Positions 48,035 to 60,774 are shown, counted from the first letter of the stretch. The stretch is DNA of 64,000 bases from Callorhinchus milii (GCF_018977255.1 NW_024704742.1:30506001-30570000), one strand, 5' to 3'. A program made the numbers and translations. The notes: generated by a model not told the origin, from the sequence alone.

Positions 48035-49122
48035 TGCCTGTTCTGTCCTTAACTGGTTCAGGTCCTGCCTTTCACACCGCCTCCACTTCGTTGCGGCAAA
48101 TGGCTTCTCCTCCAGCCCCTGCACCGTCTTGTGCGGTGTTCCTCAGGGCTTTGTCCTCGGTCCCCTCCTCTTCACCCTCTACATGCTCCCCTTTGGTGAC
48201 ATCATCCGCAGACATGGGGTAAATTTCCACAATGTATGCGGATGACACTCAACTTTATCTCTCTGCCTCCACCCTCAACTCCAGGACTACTGAGGTCCTG
48301 ACCGACGCCTGTCCAACATCAAGTCCTGGACGAGGAACAACTTTCTCCAACTCAACGTCAGCAAGACCGAGGCTCTCCTGATTGGCTCGCGCCAGCGCCT
48401 CCGCACCTCAGGCACTGGCAGCATCAGCCTCCACGGTTGCACACTCAACCTCACTAAGCCTGTCAGGAACCTGGGTGTCTTGTTTGGCCCCGAACTGTCC
48501 TTTCTCCCCCAGATCCGTGCCATGACCGGCACTGCCTACCACCACCTCCGCAACATTGCCAGAATCCGCCACTGCCTCACCCACGCATTTGTCACATCAA
48601 GGATCAATTACGGAAACTCCCTCCTAATCGGCCTTCCCAACTCTTCCCTTCACAAACTGCAGATCATCCAATGCTCTGCAGCTCGTGTTCTCTCACGCAC
48701 CAGGCTGCATGACCCCATCATCCCCACCCTCACCCGACTTCACTGGCTTCCCATCCCCCAGAGGATCGAGTTCAAGATCCTCACCTCACCTTTAAGGCTA
48801 TCCATGGCCTTGCCTTCTCTGACCTGCTGACTCCCTACCAACCTGCCCTCTCCCTCCATTCAGCGGGCTCCAGACTGCTCCATGTCTCCTGCCCGACCCG
48901 CCCTAGCATCGGTGGCCGGGCTTTCAGCCTCTCTCCCCCTACACTCTGGAACTCCATCCCACAGTCTCTTCACCTCGCTTCCTCACTTGCCTCCTTCAAG
49001 ACTGGTCTCAAGACCCTTCTCTTCGATCGTGCCTTCAGTTGCCCTCCCACCTCTCTGCCTCCCCTCATCCCCACACTACTCCTCCCCCATGCTCAGGCCC
49101 CAACACCTGACTGTTCAGCGCT
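48035..49122 (+). mobile_element. L2 LINE fragment containing the RT catalytic core
   Basis: [32 protein letters not shown] (YADD) at ~48235; HLRNIARIR...RLHWLPIPQRIEFKIL; frameshifted. Confidence 0.92.
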
Positions 49123-49638
49123 TTGTTCATCCAGAACTTTGCAGCCCGTGTCCTCTCCCGCACTAGGCTTTGTGAACCTACCAACCCGATCTTCGCTCGA
49201 CTCCACTGGCTTCCCATCACACAGAGGATACAGTTCAAGATACTGGTCCTCACCTTCAAAGCCCTCCATGGTCTTGCTCCCCCCTACCTCTGGGACCTCC
49301 TACCCCCTACCAATCTGCCTGCTCTCACCGCTCAGCAGGCTCCAGTCTGCTTCACGTCCCCCGCCTCTTGCCCCACCATTGGCGGGCAGGCTTTCAGCCA
49401 CTCTGCCCCCACCCCTTGGAACTCCATTCTGTAGGCCCTCTGCCTCCCTTGCCTCCTTCAAGACCCATCTCAAGACCCTCTTCTTCGAGCGTGCTTTTGA
49501 TTACCCTCCTTTCCCCTCTGCCCTCCACCCTCCCCAATCGTGACCTCCAGCTCGGATCCGAAACATTGACTGTCCAGCGTCTTGGGACGTTCTCCCGACT
49601 TGAAAGGCGCTATACGAATATAATTTTGTTGTGGTTGT
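49123..49638 (+). mobile_element. Second L2 3' fragment in head-to-tail tandem
   Basis: IQNFAARVLSRTRL...LHWLPITQRIQFKILVLTFKALHGLAPPYL; stem-loop tail with TTG repeats. Confidence 0.9.
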
Positions 49639-49650
49639 AACCAATGGTAT

Positions 49651-49940
49651 CAGCCTGACTCAGATAGTAGCACTCTCACCTCTGAATAAGAGGGTTGTGA
49701 GTTTAAGCCCTATGTCGGAACTTTGAACTCACAGTTTAGGCTGACTTCGATGCAGTTCTGGGGAAGTGTTAAATCATCAAATATACCATTCTTCCAATGA
49801 GAGGTTTCTCCCTGTTCCTTTCCAACAATCCTCAAGATAAAAATCGATCATTCACTTCATTGGCTCTTAGTGGACAAATTAGCTGCTGCATTCACCTACA
49901 AGTACACAGTCATTCAGCTTTACAGTATATTCCGTGAAGC
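49651..49940 (+). mobile_element. SINE family B, degenerate
   Basis: CAGCCTGACTCAG...CTCTGAATAAGAGGGTTGTGAGTTTAAGCCC head and 3' domain. Confidence 0.72.
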
Positions 49941-50689
49941 TTTCATACACATGGTGTGTGGGTGTGAGTGTTTGTGTGTGCGTGTGGTGCGAGGGAGTTG
50001 TTGTTGCTTGGAAATCATCATTACTAGAAACACACAAAGTTACACTGGGTAATCCAAGCCATCACATGTCTTCCCTCAAAGAGCGGCAGATAAGAATCAG
50101 AGTAGCCAGTCAAATAACATGCAACAATTGCAAACATCGCTTAATGTCATTTGTCGAATTAGCTTATGATCGAAAGAATTTAATTCCTCTAAACTCAGTC
50201 GTCTCAACAACCCAAGTGCACTGTTAGATCAAAAAAAATTTATGTCTTTTTTTTGTTCAGTTTGTTTTCCTCTGTGGGTTTTGCTTTGTGTTTGCTTCGC
50301 CAGAAGTGCAAATCTCAGCCACACAGCTGCTGAACTCCAGAGGCCAGTGCTTGTGGAACAATTCAACCGTGGGAGTCGATCACTGACAGCAAGTGGAAGT
50401 GACACTGAACAACCTATTGAGAAGTTTGGCCCAACTGGAGTATTTGGTTGCGTGTGCCGGAAAAGCAAACTTGCAGGTCTTGGCAGACTCCTCAAAGCCA
50501 CTGATAAAAGCAGCCTTTTCTTACCTCTAACTTTCAATATCAATGTCTCCCTCTAACTGGCCCTGTCAACACAAACATTCCTTTTCTGTTATTCCGAATC
50601 TCATTTTCTCTCACTAAATTTCTTCTTCTCCCATCTCCTGAAGGCATCAACTCATTATTCCTTCCACTGAGGTACAGTTCCACACACAG

Positions 50690-50925
50690 CATTTGCTCCC
50701 TTAGCCAAATAACCATTATTCGTGTGTGAGGTTTGACAGTGAGGACTGGCAGGCTAATTGACAGATGAGCTGGATTTTGTCCTCAACCAACAGCACCCCC
50801 CACCCCCACATATACCCTCCAGCAGTGTGTCTGGATAGCGACCTGGTGGTAAGTGGCCAATTATCCCTCACTATCCAGGGAGATTGAAACCAATTTACAG
50901 CGTCCCCACAGCTGAGATTAAGAAA
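50690..50925 (+). repeat. Repeat family C copy
   Basis: TAACCATT...TTGACAGTGAGGACTGGCAGG...GTCCTCAACCAAC...CAGCAG...CTGGATAGC, shared with 39950-40100. Confidence 0.6.
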
Positions 50926-51077
50926 CTCATCTCCAGTTTGCTTTAGATCAGGCAATATAAACGTTACACACAGTTTACACATTGTTTCCTCTCCAACTTC
51001 AACCTGATCGTTTCATGTATTTGCAAGTCAATTCAAGCTATATCTAAGGCTCCATTATCTTTCTTTGCTGCACTGAA

Positions 51078-51330
51078 ATAGGCCAGTCAATCCAACAAGT
51101 CTGTGCTGGTGTTTATAAATGCACTTGAGCCACCACCCCTCCTATTCACCCTATCTATACCCCTCTATTTCCTTCACTCTCATGTACATATCATGGTTTC
51201 TCTTAAATCCATTGGTGCTTTTTGCTTCAAACATAGCTTCCGGCAGTGAATTCTCACATTCTTACCATCCTCTGTGTATAAAGAGATTCCTCCTAAACTC
51301 TCTTTTAGATTTGCTTATGTTTATGCTCCT
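51078..51330 (-). mobile_element. CR1 3' fragment
   Basis: Reverse-complement similarity to the CR1 3' UTRs at 32855-32995 and 37050-37300. Confidence 0.65.
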
Positions 51331-51809
51331 TTTTATGGAAACCAGACCCCATTGTGTAACTTAATGCAACATCTGAAACGCAAAGTATATGTGATCAGCA
51401 ATAGATTATTCATTTTACGAAGCTGTTTGAATTATCAACAGCCTTGGATCAATTTTGAAATGTAGCTCTTAATATAGTTACATTTCAGATTTCATGTCTG
51501 ATGATGTGATCGATGGTGTAGTGCCATCCAGTTACTGCCACCATTCTGCTTTATAACTAAAAGCTAAATTGCAAATACTCATGCAGTTGGCGTAGTAGTT
51601 TATGTTGCAGGATTCAAAACCCTATATTCGAAGTGGACTGCTCGAATTTCAACAGTAACATGCGTTTAAGTGGTCCAACAAGTGAAACTAGTGGATAGGC
51701 TCTTCTCGAGTGAGGCATGCGGTGTAAACCTCATGTGTTGGTAACATCCTAATATGATCTTTTGATCATGGGTTTCAGACCTAGGTCATCGCAATGTGTA
51801 ATGCATGGT

Positions 51810-51995
51810 GTGTTCAAGATCCCTCTCAAGACATATTTCTTTGATTCCGCTTTCTGTCAATTTTTCCCTCCCCATCCCACCCTCTCGGCTCCCACCCACC
51901 AGCTCGGGCGCCCAGCCAGCGGTCTCAAGCACTGTCGGAAATCATCCTGACGTGAAAGGTGCTATAGAAATGTAAACATGTACTGTATTGTTTTG
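51810..51995 (+). mobile_element. L2 3' UTR remnant
   Basis: TTCAAGATCCCTCTCAAGACATATTTCTTTGA...CCTGACGTGAAAGGTGCTATAGAAATGTAA. Confidence 0.7.
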
Positions 51996-52831
51996 TGTGC
52001 CAGACATTGCTCTCCTCTGCATGTATTTGAGTGATGACTGATACCCCATGTGGCAGGACTCCTTCACTGTGCCCACACAACTGGACTAAGAAACATAGCT
52101 GAGACCACAGCAGTATACATGCCGCAGACCCTTATAAGACCAGCAGCCAAAGTCAAACAACTGGAGTTCCCCCGGGCGCCAGCAAGATTAGAAAGGAATT
52201 GGCTACGTATACATTTCTACAGGACTCTTGCGAGCTCTTGCAAGCTGTATTTCTCTCTGACTCTGCGGCAGGATAAGCAAATGTTTATTTCTCCACCTCA
52301 AACTGACAGTAAAATACAACAGAATGTATTTAGCAGCTTTTCCTTGAAAAAATAAAAGTGTGACTCAATTTAGAAATAGCATTATAAAATAAAACCTTAC
52401 AGCAAATGAAATAAAAAAAATCATACAACTGCAGAAAAACTGCAGTGATATTTTCATTGACAAATCCCACTAGGGAAACAAAAATGATTTATAAACTACG
52501 ATTCCCTGATATAAACCCATTTTATGAATGAAGCAGAAAAAACGGCAGCTTAAATCTGGTCTTTCTCTGAATGACCCAATGTTTTCTCCCTTTCCTCCCC
52601 CCCCCCCACCCACTCTCCCTTCTCCGACCCAAATCGTCTCGAGAAGATTTTCCTCGCCGTCACTCGCCTGCAGTAATTGAATCAATTCCGTTCCATGTAC
52701 AAACAGCTGGCCTGCCTAGTATTTTAACTGGCTGCTTGAACAAGGACGGACAAAAGAGCAACTAGCCTCAAATGTTCAAGCTACATTTTCAGTGTCTGAA
52801 AGGCATGCCGCACTGAAGTTTATGTACTCAC

Positions 52832-52948
52832 AGTTCCTTGGGATTTCTCCTTGACATCGTAGACCGTTAGCTTCACCCGGGTCGCCTCGTAAATGGGATA
52901 GCCCGGTGGGAAAGTAACTCCAGTCAGAAACACTGGCTCTCTTGTTCC
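52832..52948 (-). CDS. INPP4B: INPP4B internal coding exon (117 nt, phase 0-0), C2 domain: [39 protein letters not shown]
   Basis: Minus strand reads ...ttatggtacacAG|GGAACA...GGAACT|GTGAGT with 39 open codons. Closely matches recalled human INPP4[40 protein letters not shown]. Confidence 0.93.
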
Positions 52949-53672
52949 CTGTGTACCATAAGTAAACAGACCTGTCTCAGTAAGCTAACAGCTGTGCACA
53001 GGGCAGCATAGAAAGAAATGACAGGCGTGCCAAACAAGAAAGCCTTTTAAAATAAAAATTCCCCATGCACCGAAGAGAACCTGAAAGCCACTCCACATTA
53101 ACAGCCACACTTGCAGTGTTTACCAACTCACAATCGCCCTAAAAGCTGTCATGACTCAAGCGGGAGCTCACCATATGGTTGGCACTGCCCTCAAATGGCT
53201 TTGTCCTCAATTGTCATTCCTGCTTTCAAGTGCTTTTAAATGCCAATAATGATATGTTTGAAACAAATCCGCTTCCTTCTTCACTGCAGCCGTGATTGGA
53301 TCACTTGTGGGACTAATGCCAGGGTTCTCATAGGCCAACGCAGCCCTGTATAAGCACCCGCCCCCACCCCGTGTGCTTATCCAGAATGTTGTTGTTATTT
53401 CAGCTTTAATTGTATGCTCTATGCATCTCTGTCCACCGCTGCTGCTACTGTCATTCTCATTGTAAACCCCTTTGCAAAACACATTTAGCAATTGTGTGTG
53501 CTGGTCCAGGTTAATATTTTGAAGTGGTCAGCAATCTGTAAAGCCAGCGCGTGAGGACATGGTACTTGCTACTGCTGAAGGCCACGGATAAAGAGCAGAT
53601 TGAAGCATTCAAGAGAGTAAACGGGAGGATTCTTGGAAAGTAAGGGTGTTAAGGGATATTGGAGGGAGGGCA

Positions 53673-54040
53673 AATAATAATAATAATCCTTTCATTTGTT
53701 TTAGCGCCTTATCACATCGTCGACATGTCTCAAAGCGCTTCAAGGGATATCCTGTAAAGTGGATTGATTGTGTATTTTGTGGATGAAATGCAGCAGCTAG
53801 TTGCGCACAGCAATGTCCCACAAACAGGATCTGCTCTTTATCCATGACCGATTTTATTTAGGGGGATAATTGGCCAGGACACTGGGAGAAACTCCGTTCT
53901 CTTTTCAAATAGTGCCATGGGTTTTTATCATACACTCAACAGGCAGACCGGACCGCGGTTTAATGTCTCATCCAAAGGATGGTACCTCCGATAATGCAAC
54001 ACATCCCGGCACAGTATTAGAGTGTCATGTTAGATTATGT
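53673..54040 (-). mobile_element. SINE family B, headless
   Basis: Tail, 3' domain and core (AATAGTGCCATGGG). Confidence 0.82.
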
Positions 54041-54730
54041 GGCCAGGAAAGGTAATTAAGATGGCCATAGACTTAATGATGGAGTGGGCTCCCCAGTCCA
54101 TTTGTGCTCCTATGAGATCTAAAGGTAGTAATGAAATCCAAGGGATGATTTGATCATGTCGCTTACAGTGTTTCAACTTCATCTCATCTTAAACAAAGGC
54201 TATGCACCCAATACACTCCAAGGCCCTTGCACTCATCATCTGTTAATTATTTCAGGTAGTTTATAGAAGGGCCATAAATTTGTACTGTGGACCCACATGC
54301 AAAGTGAAACTTTGATCTCACGTGTGCACATATGGTTACAATACACGGGTGACAAAATTGCAAGTGAGGTGTCAGTCAAATTAGGCACAGGTTGTACCTC
54401 ACCCAACCGTGCAATTTTTAATTGCTTCTGTACATAAATTCATATGGAGAAGGTGTGAGAGGAATTAAGATCGTCATCACTGAGAGTCAACAGGTGTTTA
54501 TAATTCTGAAGCGATACAGACCAAAAGGTTGCAGGTTTAATAATAATAATAAACCTTGCATTTGATATAGTGCCTTATCATGCCTTTGAGATGTCTCAAA
54601 GTGCTTCACAGAATATACTGTAATGTTAATCCATGATCATTGCTGAATCAGCTGTTGTCAGTAAAGTCAGCAGTCAAAGGTTTAATATTCCACCTTGCCT
54701 TAGCTTGCAGGATCATTTTGTCTTATCTCA

Positions 54731-55088
54731 TGGAGTCCTGTACCGTAGTGGTTAGAGCGCTTGCCTCACAAGCGAAAGGACCCGGGTTCAATTCCCGGGC
54801 AGGGCGAAATCTTAGGCACGTTTCCTTACTTCACACGCTTCTGTTTACCTTGCAGTAAGTTGGAACCCAGTTATTAATTGATTTGCGGACTGCTTAATCC
54901 CTTTTTTTAAAAAAAAATTGGTCACTCAATCCATGACTGTTTGTGGGACATTGCTGTGTGCAATTGGCGGTCACGTTTCGCTAACAAAATATACAGTCAA
55001 TTCACTTTACAGTATATTGTGTGAAGCGCTTTGAGACGTCTCAACGACATTATAAGATGCTATATCAAATGCAAGGATTCTTCTTATT
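54731..55088 (+). mobile_element. SINE family A, long form, full length
   Basis: TGGAGTCCTGTACCGTAGTGG head, GGTTCAATTCC B-box, long segment, tail. Confidence 0.88.
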
Positions 55089-55387
55089 AAATGCTCAGAC
55101 ATGCTACCCCATTTGAAGGGCACTATATAAATGTAAGTTGTTTTAAAGTTCACACATGAACACACAGAATTGTGAAATATTATTGAATCCAGTATAAATT
55201 TGGAAGCCGGTTTCCTTTTAAAATGCTACAGGGAAGCCAACTTCGGAATCAAGACTGAATTCAACATTTGTGCACAATTCAATTACATATGTTCTTTATT
55301 TTAGAGACAAATGGTCTCACATCTAAGAGTAGGTGAAATTTCAAGCCCCAGACGGCTAAGAGATTGTCTTTGGGATCATTGAGCTGG

Positions 55388-55525
55388 AGAGGATGTAGGG
55401 GGGGGGAGAGAGGGGGGGAACAGAAGAGGGAGTGGGAGGGGAAAAGAAGAGGGAATGGGTGGGGGGGGGGGGGGGGAGAGGAGTGAGAAGACAGGAGGGA
55501 GTGGAAGGGGATTAAGGGGAAGGAG
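55388..55525 (+). repeat. G/purine-rich tract with G-quadruplex or triplex potential
   Basis: Multiple runs of 3 or more G, including a long G homopolymer at ~55461-55476. Confidence 0.8.
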
Positions 55526-57199
55526 TATATAGTTTCCATTACTGATTGCTTTCCTGTGCCCCCTTTTGGAAAGGGTGAGCATGAGACAGGATGGGGCTTG
55601 GGAAGCCCTAGAGCAATGAGACCCTCACAGTCTTAGCTCAGAGATAAACAGTTACTTGGGTGGGTGTGCTGCACTGCTGACAGTGTATCCCAGCATGTGT
55701 CAGTGGCTCCACAGGAGAGACAATTGCCCACAAAGATGAACGATGCTCCCTCCCTGCCTTGCATCAATCTCCATTTGTTTCACAATCAGCCAAATGATGT
55801 CTAGTTAATTGAGAATTTTTGCTAAGTTTTGCTAAAAATATACCATTATATTTCTTAATGCACTTACTGCCTTTATAAAGTGCCTGCCCCAGCTCCCTCC
55901 CTCCCCAACATCCCTGCAATCTCCCACACCGTTAACTTTTAGTTGCCAACTGCCTGGTCGCATATACCCTTTTCACCCAGCAGAGGAGGTGGAGACACAA
56001 GTCACACACACTCCCCCATGTTTCAGCCTCTATCACCACGTTGATGTCAGCTGCTGGTACATTCACTTTACAAGAGATGAGGCGCGTAAGGAGGTTTTAA
56101 TTTCGCATTCCCTGTGGTGGCAATCACTGTTGGTTCATTTAGTTTGCAACTTTCCCGCAGCGCTCCACAAATTCCCTTAACACCACCATCTATGCCACTC
56201 AGTAATTACTTCAAACAGAAATACTTAAAACTTTATTCTCTTCTCTTCAAGGCAATGTGTGATGCTTCCTGCCCAGCAGTTTAACGGGCTTTTGTACCTC
56301 TCCCAGATGGCATGTCCAAGTACAAATTGGCATAGGCCACGCATAGGCTCAGCCCCCTCCCACCCCCCAAAAATGATGCTTAACCATAGTGGCTTGCCAC
56401 AATAATAATAATAATATCACAATAAATGACCCCACAATACCTGTGCGGTCATTTAACTTAACTAATTTAACATGATGACTTCCATTTGTGCAGTCCTTTT
56501 CACGTAAAAGAAATATCACAATGCACTTCACAGAATGAGACTAATTATTGGTGAATATTGTTTATGGAGGCAAATGTGGAAAATAACCCACCACAACAAA
56601 GCCCCGACAATCAAAGGGATATGCAGAGTTTCGGGGTCTGTTTGGATAACCGTGGGAGGAAAAAACTAAAACATTTTTTGAAGAAGGATAACATCCATGT
56701 GTATTATAGCACAGAAGGGACTAAAATGAATGACTCAGTCAAAGGACTGGGATCAGAACTGTAGTTAAGGAAGAAACAACAATCGATTAAACGTCTAAAT
56801 GGAATAAAACCACCCCTTACAGACCATTCACGGGTGAACCACCACACAGGGAAGATTCCTCAATCTTGTGTAACATGCAACAGCAAGGTAACTGTTTTGT
56901 TGTTCCATAACACAAACAAGGTACAGTGTGAAAGAACATACTATTCTGACTCAATTTACTTTCACATAAACTGTAAGTGATAAAACATCTTGCAGCTAAA
57001 GGCAGCATGTCACGGGATATATCAGTGTTTACATGCCACCAGCAGCAAACATTGAATATCCCAAGCTGCCATTTATTCCCACGTACCATTTACACACAAG
57101 TGCTACTGGGAAAACAAGATACATCTTTAAAACCATTGTTAGGCCACATGCTGGCCTTGTAACAAATAAAACTTCATGGGTGATGTTACAATACAATCA

Positions 57200-57590
57200 T
57201 ACAAAACAATACAGTTTATATTTATATAACACCTTTCGCAGTCAGAGAACTTCGAATGGACTTTGCAGCCCTGGCACCCGAGGTAGTGAGCCGAGGGAGG
57301 AGAACAAGGGAAAAATGACTGAAAGCACGATCAAAGAGGTATGTTTTGAGACAGACCTTGAAAGAAGGGAGCTATGGAGAGTCAGAGGGTCTCCTTGATG
57401 AAGTTGCAGTGAGTAGGGCCAGAAGGCTGAAGCCTGCCCGCTGATAGTGGGGCAGACATGGTGGTGCCAGTCAGAGGGTTGAGGGGAGAGTACGAAGCAG
57501 GCCAGTGCTCACTGAGTGAAGAAAGCGGGGATGATGTGGTTGGAGGTCACAGAGGTAGAATGGAATGAGACTCAAAGGATTTGAAGTTGT
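57200..57590 (-). mobile_element. Old L2 3' fragment
   Basis: Antisense tail TTTATATAACACCTTTC; GAAAGCACGATCAAAGAGG...TTTTGAGACAGACCTTGAA resembles the complement of 48990-49035. Confidence 0.6.
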
Positions 57591-58169
57591 GAAAGGTTAC
57601 GATGGGCCAGGCTGATGCTACACAAAGGAGTAGGCTGCTGTGATCTATATGCAGCTCACATTGTGATCAATGTCTTGCAGCAATTTCAACCTTGCTTCAC
57701 TTTCCCCTTCCACAGAGCTCCCTATGCCTGTCTAATACTATGCTGTACCCAACACCACAATTTGTGCGAGTGGATGGAGTAAAGTAGCTGTAGACATTTC
57801 ACTTTGGCATTGTTTGCACTTGCATTTGGAAGCTCCTTTCCGACAAATTACAGATTGTCTTATGTCTGGGAAAGGAGGAGGGAATGATTTATTACACAGC
57901 AGTCAGTATAAATGGCAGGCATTATGAAAGCAGATGTGACAGCTGGTAGAGAGATGGATCTCCCCAGTTGACGTTGGTGTGCATCCAAATTGCCAGTAGC
58001 AGGAATCATACCCCACAGTTTGATCTATTTAAGCCTGCCGCTGGCTTGACGTGCATAAACATCATGTTTATACTGATAAATGATGGTAGGATATGGGGTG
58101 AAATCCAACCTTGATACGGCAACAGAGTTGTAGTGATTGTGCAGATAATTTGGGCCCTCTTATAATATT

Positions 58170-58345
58170 AATAATAATAATAAAATAATAATCCTTGCAT
58201 TTGATTTAGCACCTTATAACGTCGTCGAGACATCTCAAAGCGCTTCACGGGATATACTGTGAAGTGGAGTGACTGTATGTTGTGGGAGAAACTCGGCAGC
58301 CAGTTGCGCACAGCAACGTCCCACAAACAGCCATGGATTTTATTT
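58170..58345 (-). mobile_element. 5'-truncated SINE (shared A/B 3' half)
   Basis: (TTA)n tail and shared 3' domain. Confidence 0.82.
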
Positions 58346-59068
58346 GGTCACAATGTGGGCAGATCGTGACCGTAGCTCCTATTGATGGCGAAGGACCTTC
58401 TATGGCTATTGTCATACTAACACAATAGTCATAATCTCATTTCTGTTGGGATCTGTGATCCTTCCAAAATTTGTATTGAAATTACAGATGAGTGCAAGCT
58501 GTAGATTTCAACTAAATAAAAAGGACAGTTGGAGGTGGAGAGGGGAGAAAGGTTTCAAAGCAGCTCCAATGTTTTAAAGAAAACCGCTGAAGCCAGTGAA
58601 ATGTTGAGATGAATGAGTTGCTTTATTTACTACCACCTGTACTGCCAGCTGTTATCTTCTTTGAAGTGTCTAATTTGACCTTTGCAAAATGGTCTTTATT
58701 CGAGGTGGGTCAGCTTTCCAAAGCATATTTGCTTTGAGTTAACATTTCAAACAAATGATTTTTTGTTCCTGTGGAGAATTGTTCTCATTCTAGTTCATTG
58801 TGATTGATTGGACATTTGTTTGAGTCATCAGAAAAGTCTCCAGTCTATCAATATTCATGTTAATGTTGCCTTCAAGTCCAACCATTGACTGCCAACAAAT
58901 GCAGCTCTTTACAGCTGCGCCACAAAGTGAAGTATTTGTCACATAATAATAAGACTTAGAAGATCACAAGATCAGTTTGGATGAAGAACTGATCCCATCC
59001 TTCCAGAATGCTAACCCGACTCTCTTCCCTTTATAACAACAAGTGGCTTCTTAATTTGTGGAGTCCCA

Positions 59069-59390
59069 TAATAATAATAATAATAATCCTTGCATTTGAT
59101 ATAGCGCTTTTCACGTCGGGAGGACGTCCCAAAGCGCTTCACAGAACACACTGTAAAGTGAATTGACTGTATATTTGTGGGCGAACGCGGCAGCCAATTG
59201 CGCACAGCAATGTCCCACAAACAGTCGTAGATTGAAAATTACCAATTTATTATTGTTTTTGGTTTTGGAGGGATTATTATTAGGCGTGTGGAGTAAGGAA
59301 ACTTGGCCAAGGTTTCGCCCTGACTGGAATTGAACTCAGGTCTCTCGCTTGCAAAGCGAGTGCTCTAACCACTGAGCTACAGGACTCCAC
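59069..59390 (-). mobile_element. SINE family A, short form, young subfamily
   Basis: Full head to tail, CpGs intact, near-identical to 27478-27795. Confidence 0.92.
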
Positions 59391-59713
59391 AAGCGAGAGG
59401 ACTCATGTACAATTCCTGGTTCCTGGGCAGGATGACCTTAGACAAGCTTTCTTACTAGCACACACCTCTGTCCCTAGCAGTAAGTAGGAACACGATTGTT
59501 AGTTGATTCGTGGATCGCTTTCCGAGGGTACTAATCCCTCAAAAAAATGTGCTCACTCAATCCATGACTGTTTGAGGGACATTGCTGTGCCCAATTGGCT
59601 GCTGTGTTTCTCCCACAAAATACATAATCAATCACTTTGCAGTATATTCTGTGAAGTGCTTTGAGACGTCTCGAAGATATAATAAGGCGCTATATCAAAT
59701 GCAAAGATTATTT
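59391..59713 (+). mobile_element. Older SINE family A long form whose head is interrupted by the 59069-59390 copy
   Basis: Starts mid-head (AAGCGAGAGG); a matching 5' GTGGAGTCC lies at ~59058. Confidence 0.8.
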
Positions 59714-60774
59714 ACCCTTCCTGGTAACTTGTTCCAGCTGTTGATTATCCTCTGTGTAAAGAAATATGCTGGTTTTTTAGTCCTGAAATTGCCCTTCACA
59801 ACCTGAACCTGTGCCCTCTTGTATCTCTAAAATAATAAGCCTTAATTTCATCAATTTATGAGCTTTATAGATTTATGAGTGTATAGAAGCTCTCTGAGAT
59901 ATTATATGAATGCAAGTCGTTGTTGCATTTGAAACTCCGATCAGTACCCCTCAGCTTGGACAACCCTAATCTCTATCCCTAATTTCTTCCCTGGTTCTTT
60001 GTCTGGCAGGAATTGAGAGATGAAGTGTGAAAGTCAATGGCACAACTATTACTGAAACTGTTTTTTGATGGGAGTTTTTGTTTCTCGTTTTAAAATATTT
60101 CCCCATTTAGTTTCCATCTGACACAACCCCAACACAAAATACGTCTCCTGGTTGTGAGGACGGCCTGGGAACTTGCCCCCCAGATATTTGTCAATACATC
60201 TTTATTTTGTTACGTTCTGTGCCGCATTCGATTCTATCCTCCCTCCCACACCACAGATAATTCCTAAATCAAAAGGATTGAGTAGCTGCTGGTGTCTCTG
60301 CACACACCCTGTTTGTCCCTCGCACCCAATGCCTGGGTGCAGAGCTTTGAGTTTATCATTCACTCAGACTTAAAGCCTCAGTTCCAGTCGTTACTTACCT
60401 TCAGGGTAAAGAAATCCACATGAACTGGCTATAATGGAGTCATTTTGATAAGCAGCACAGTGCATAGAATGGGCAAAATGTATCATTAAAGCCAAAATTG
60501 TACGCAACACATTTATCACTGACGAGGTTAAAATGCAAAGTATACTTAATTTACAACAATAACTTGTATTTATATAGGGTAACGTCTCAGAGTGTTTGAC
60601 AGTGGCATTTACACTCAAAGGTGAAAACTGACATTTGAAAAGCCAACTCCAATGCTTTCTCAGCAGTCAAATGTGTCATTAGCTTCAATTGGGTATGTTC
60701 TGCATGTGGTCTGCAAATATATGGATCAGTGTAAAATCTAATGCACATTTAATGAAAGAAAATGGTGAGGACGT

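Larger units (their letters stand above)
22165..52831 (-). other. INPP4B: INPP4B intronic interval (~30.7 kb) between the two exons; may contain an alternative small exon
   Basis: GT at 52831-52830 and AG at 22166-22165 on the minus strand; phase-0 junction joins ...KSQGT to RSFLG... Confidence 0.8.

Noticed and set aside
48035..49638. Possible intact or domesticated reverse transcriptase gene
   Set aside because: 5'-truncated, frameshifted beside the YADD motif and made of two tandem L2 fragments.
60399..60428. Minus-strand strong donor (AAG|GTAAGT) with a possible 30-nt exon (PVHVDFFTLK)
   Set aside because: Weak polypyrimidine tract and no similarity to the upstream INPP4B sequence I recall.
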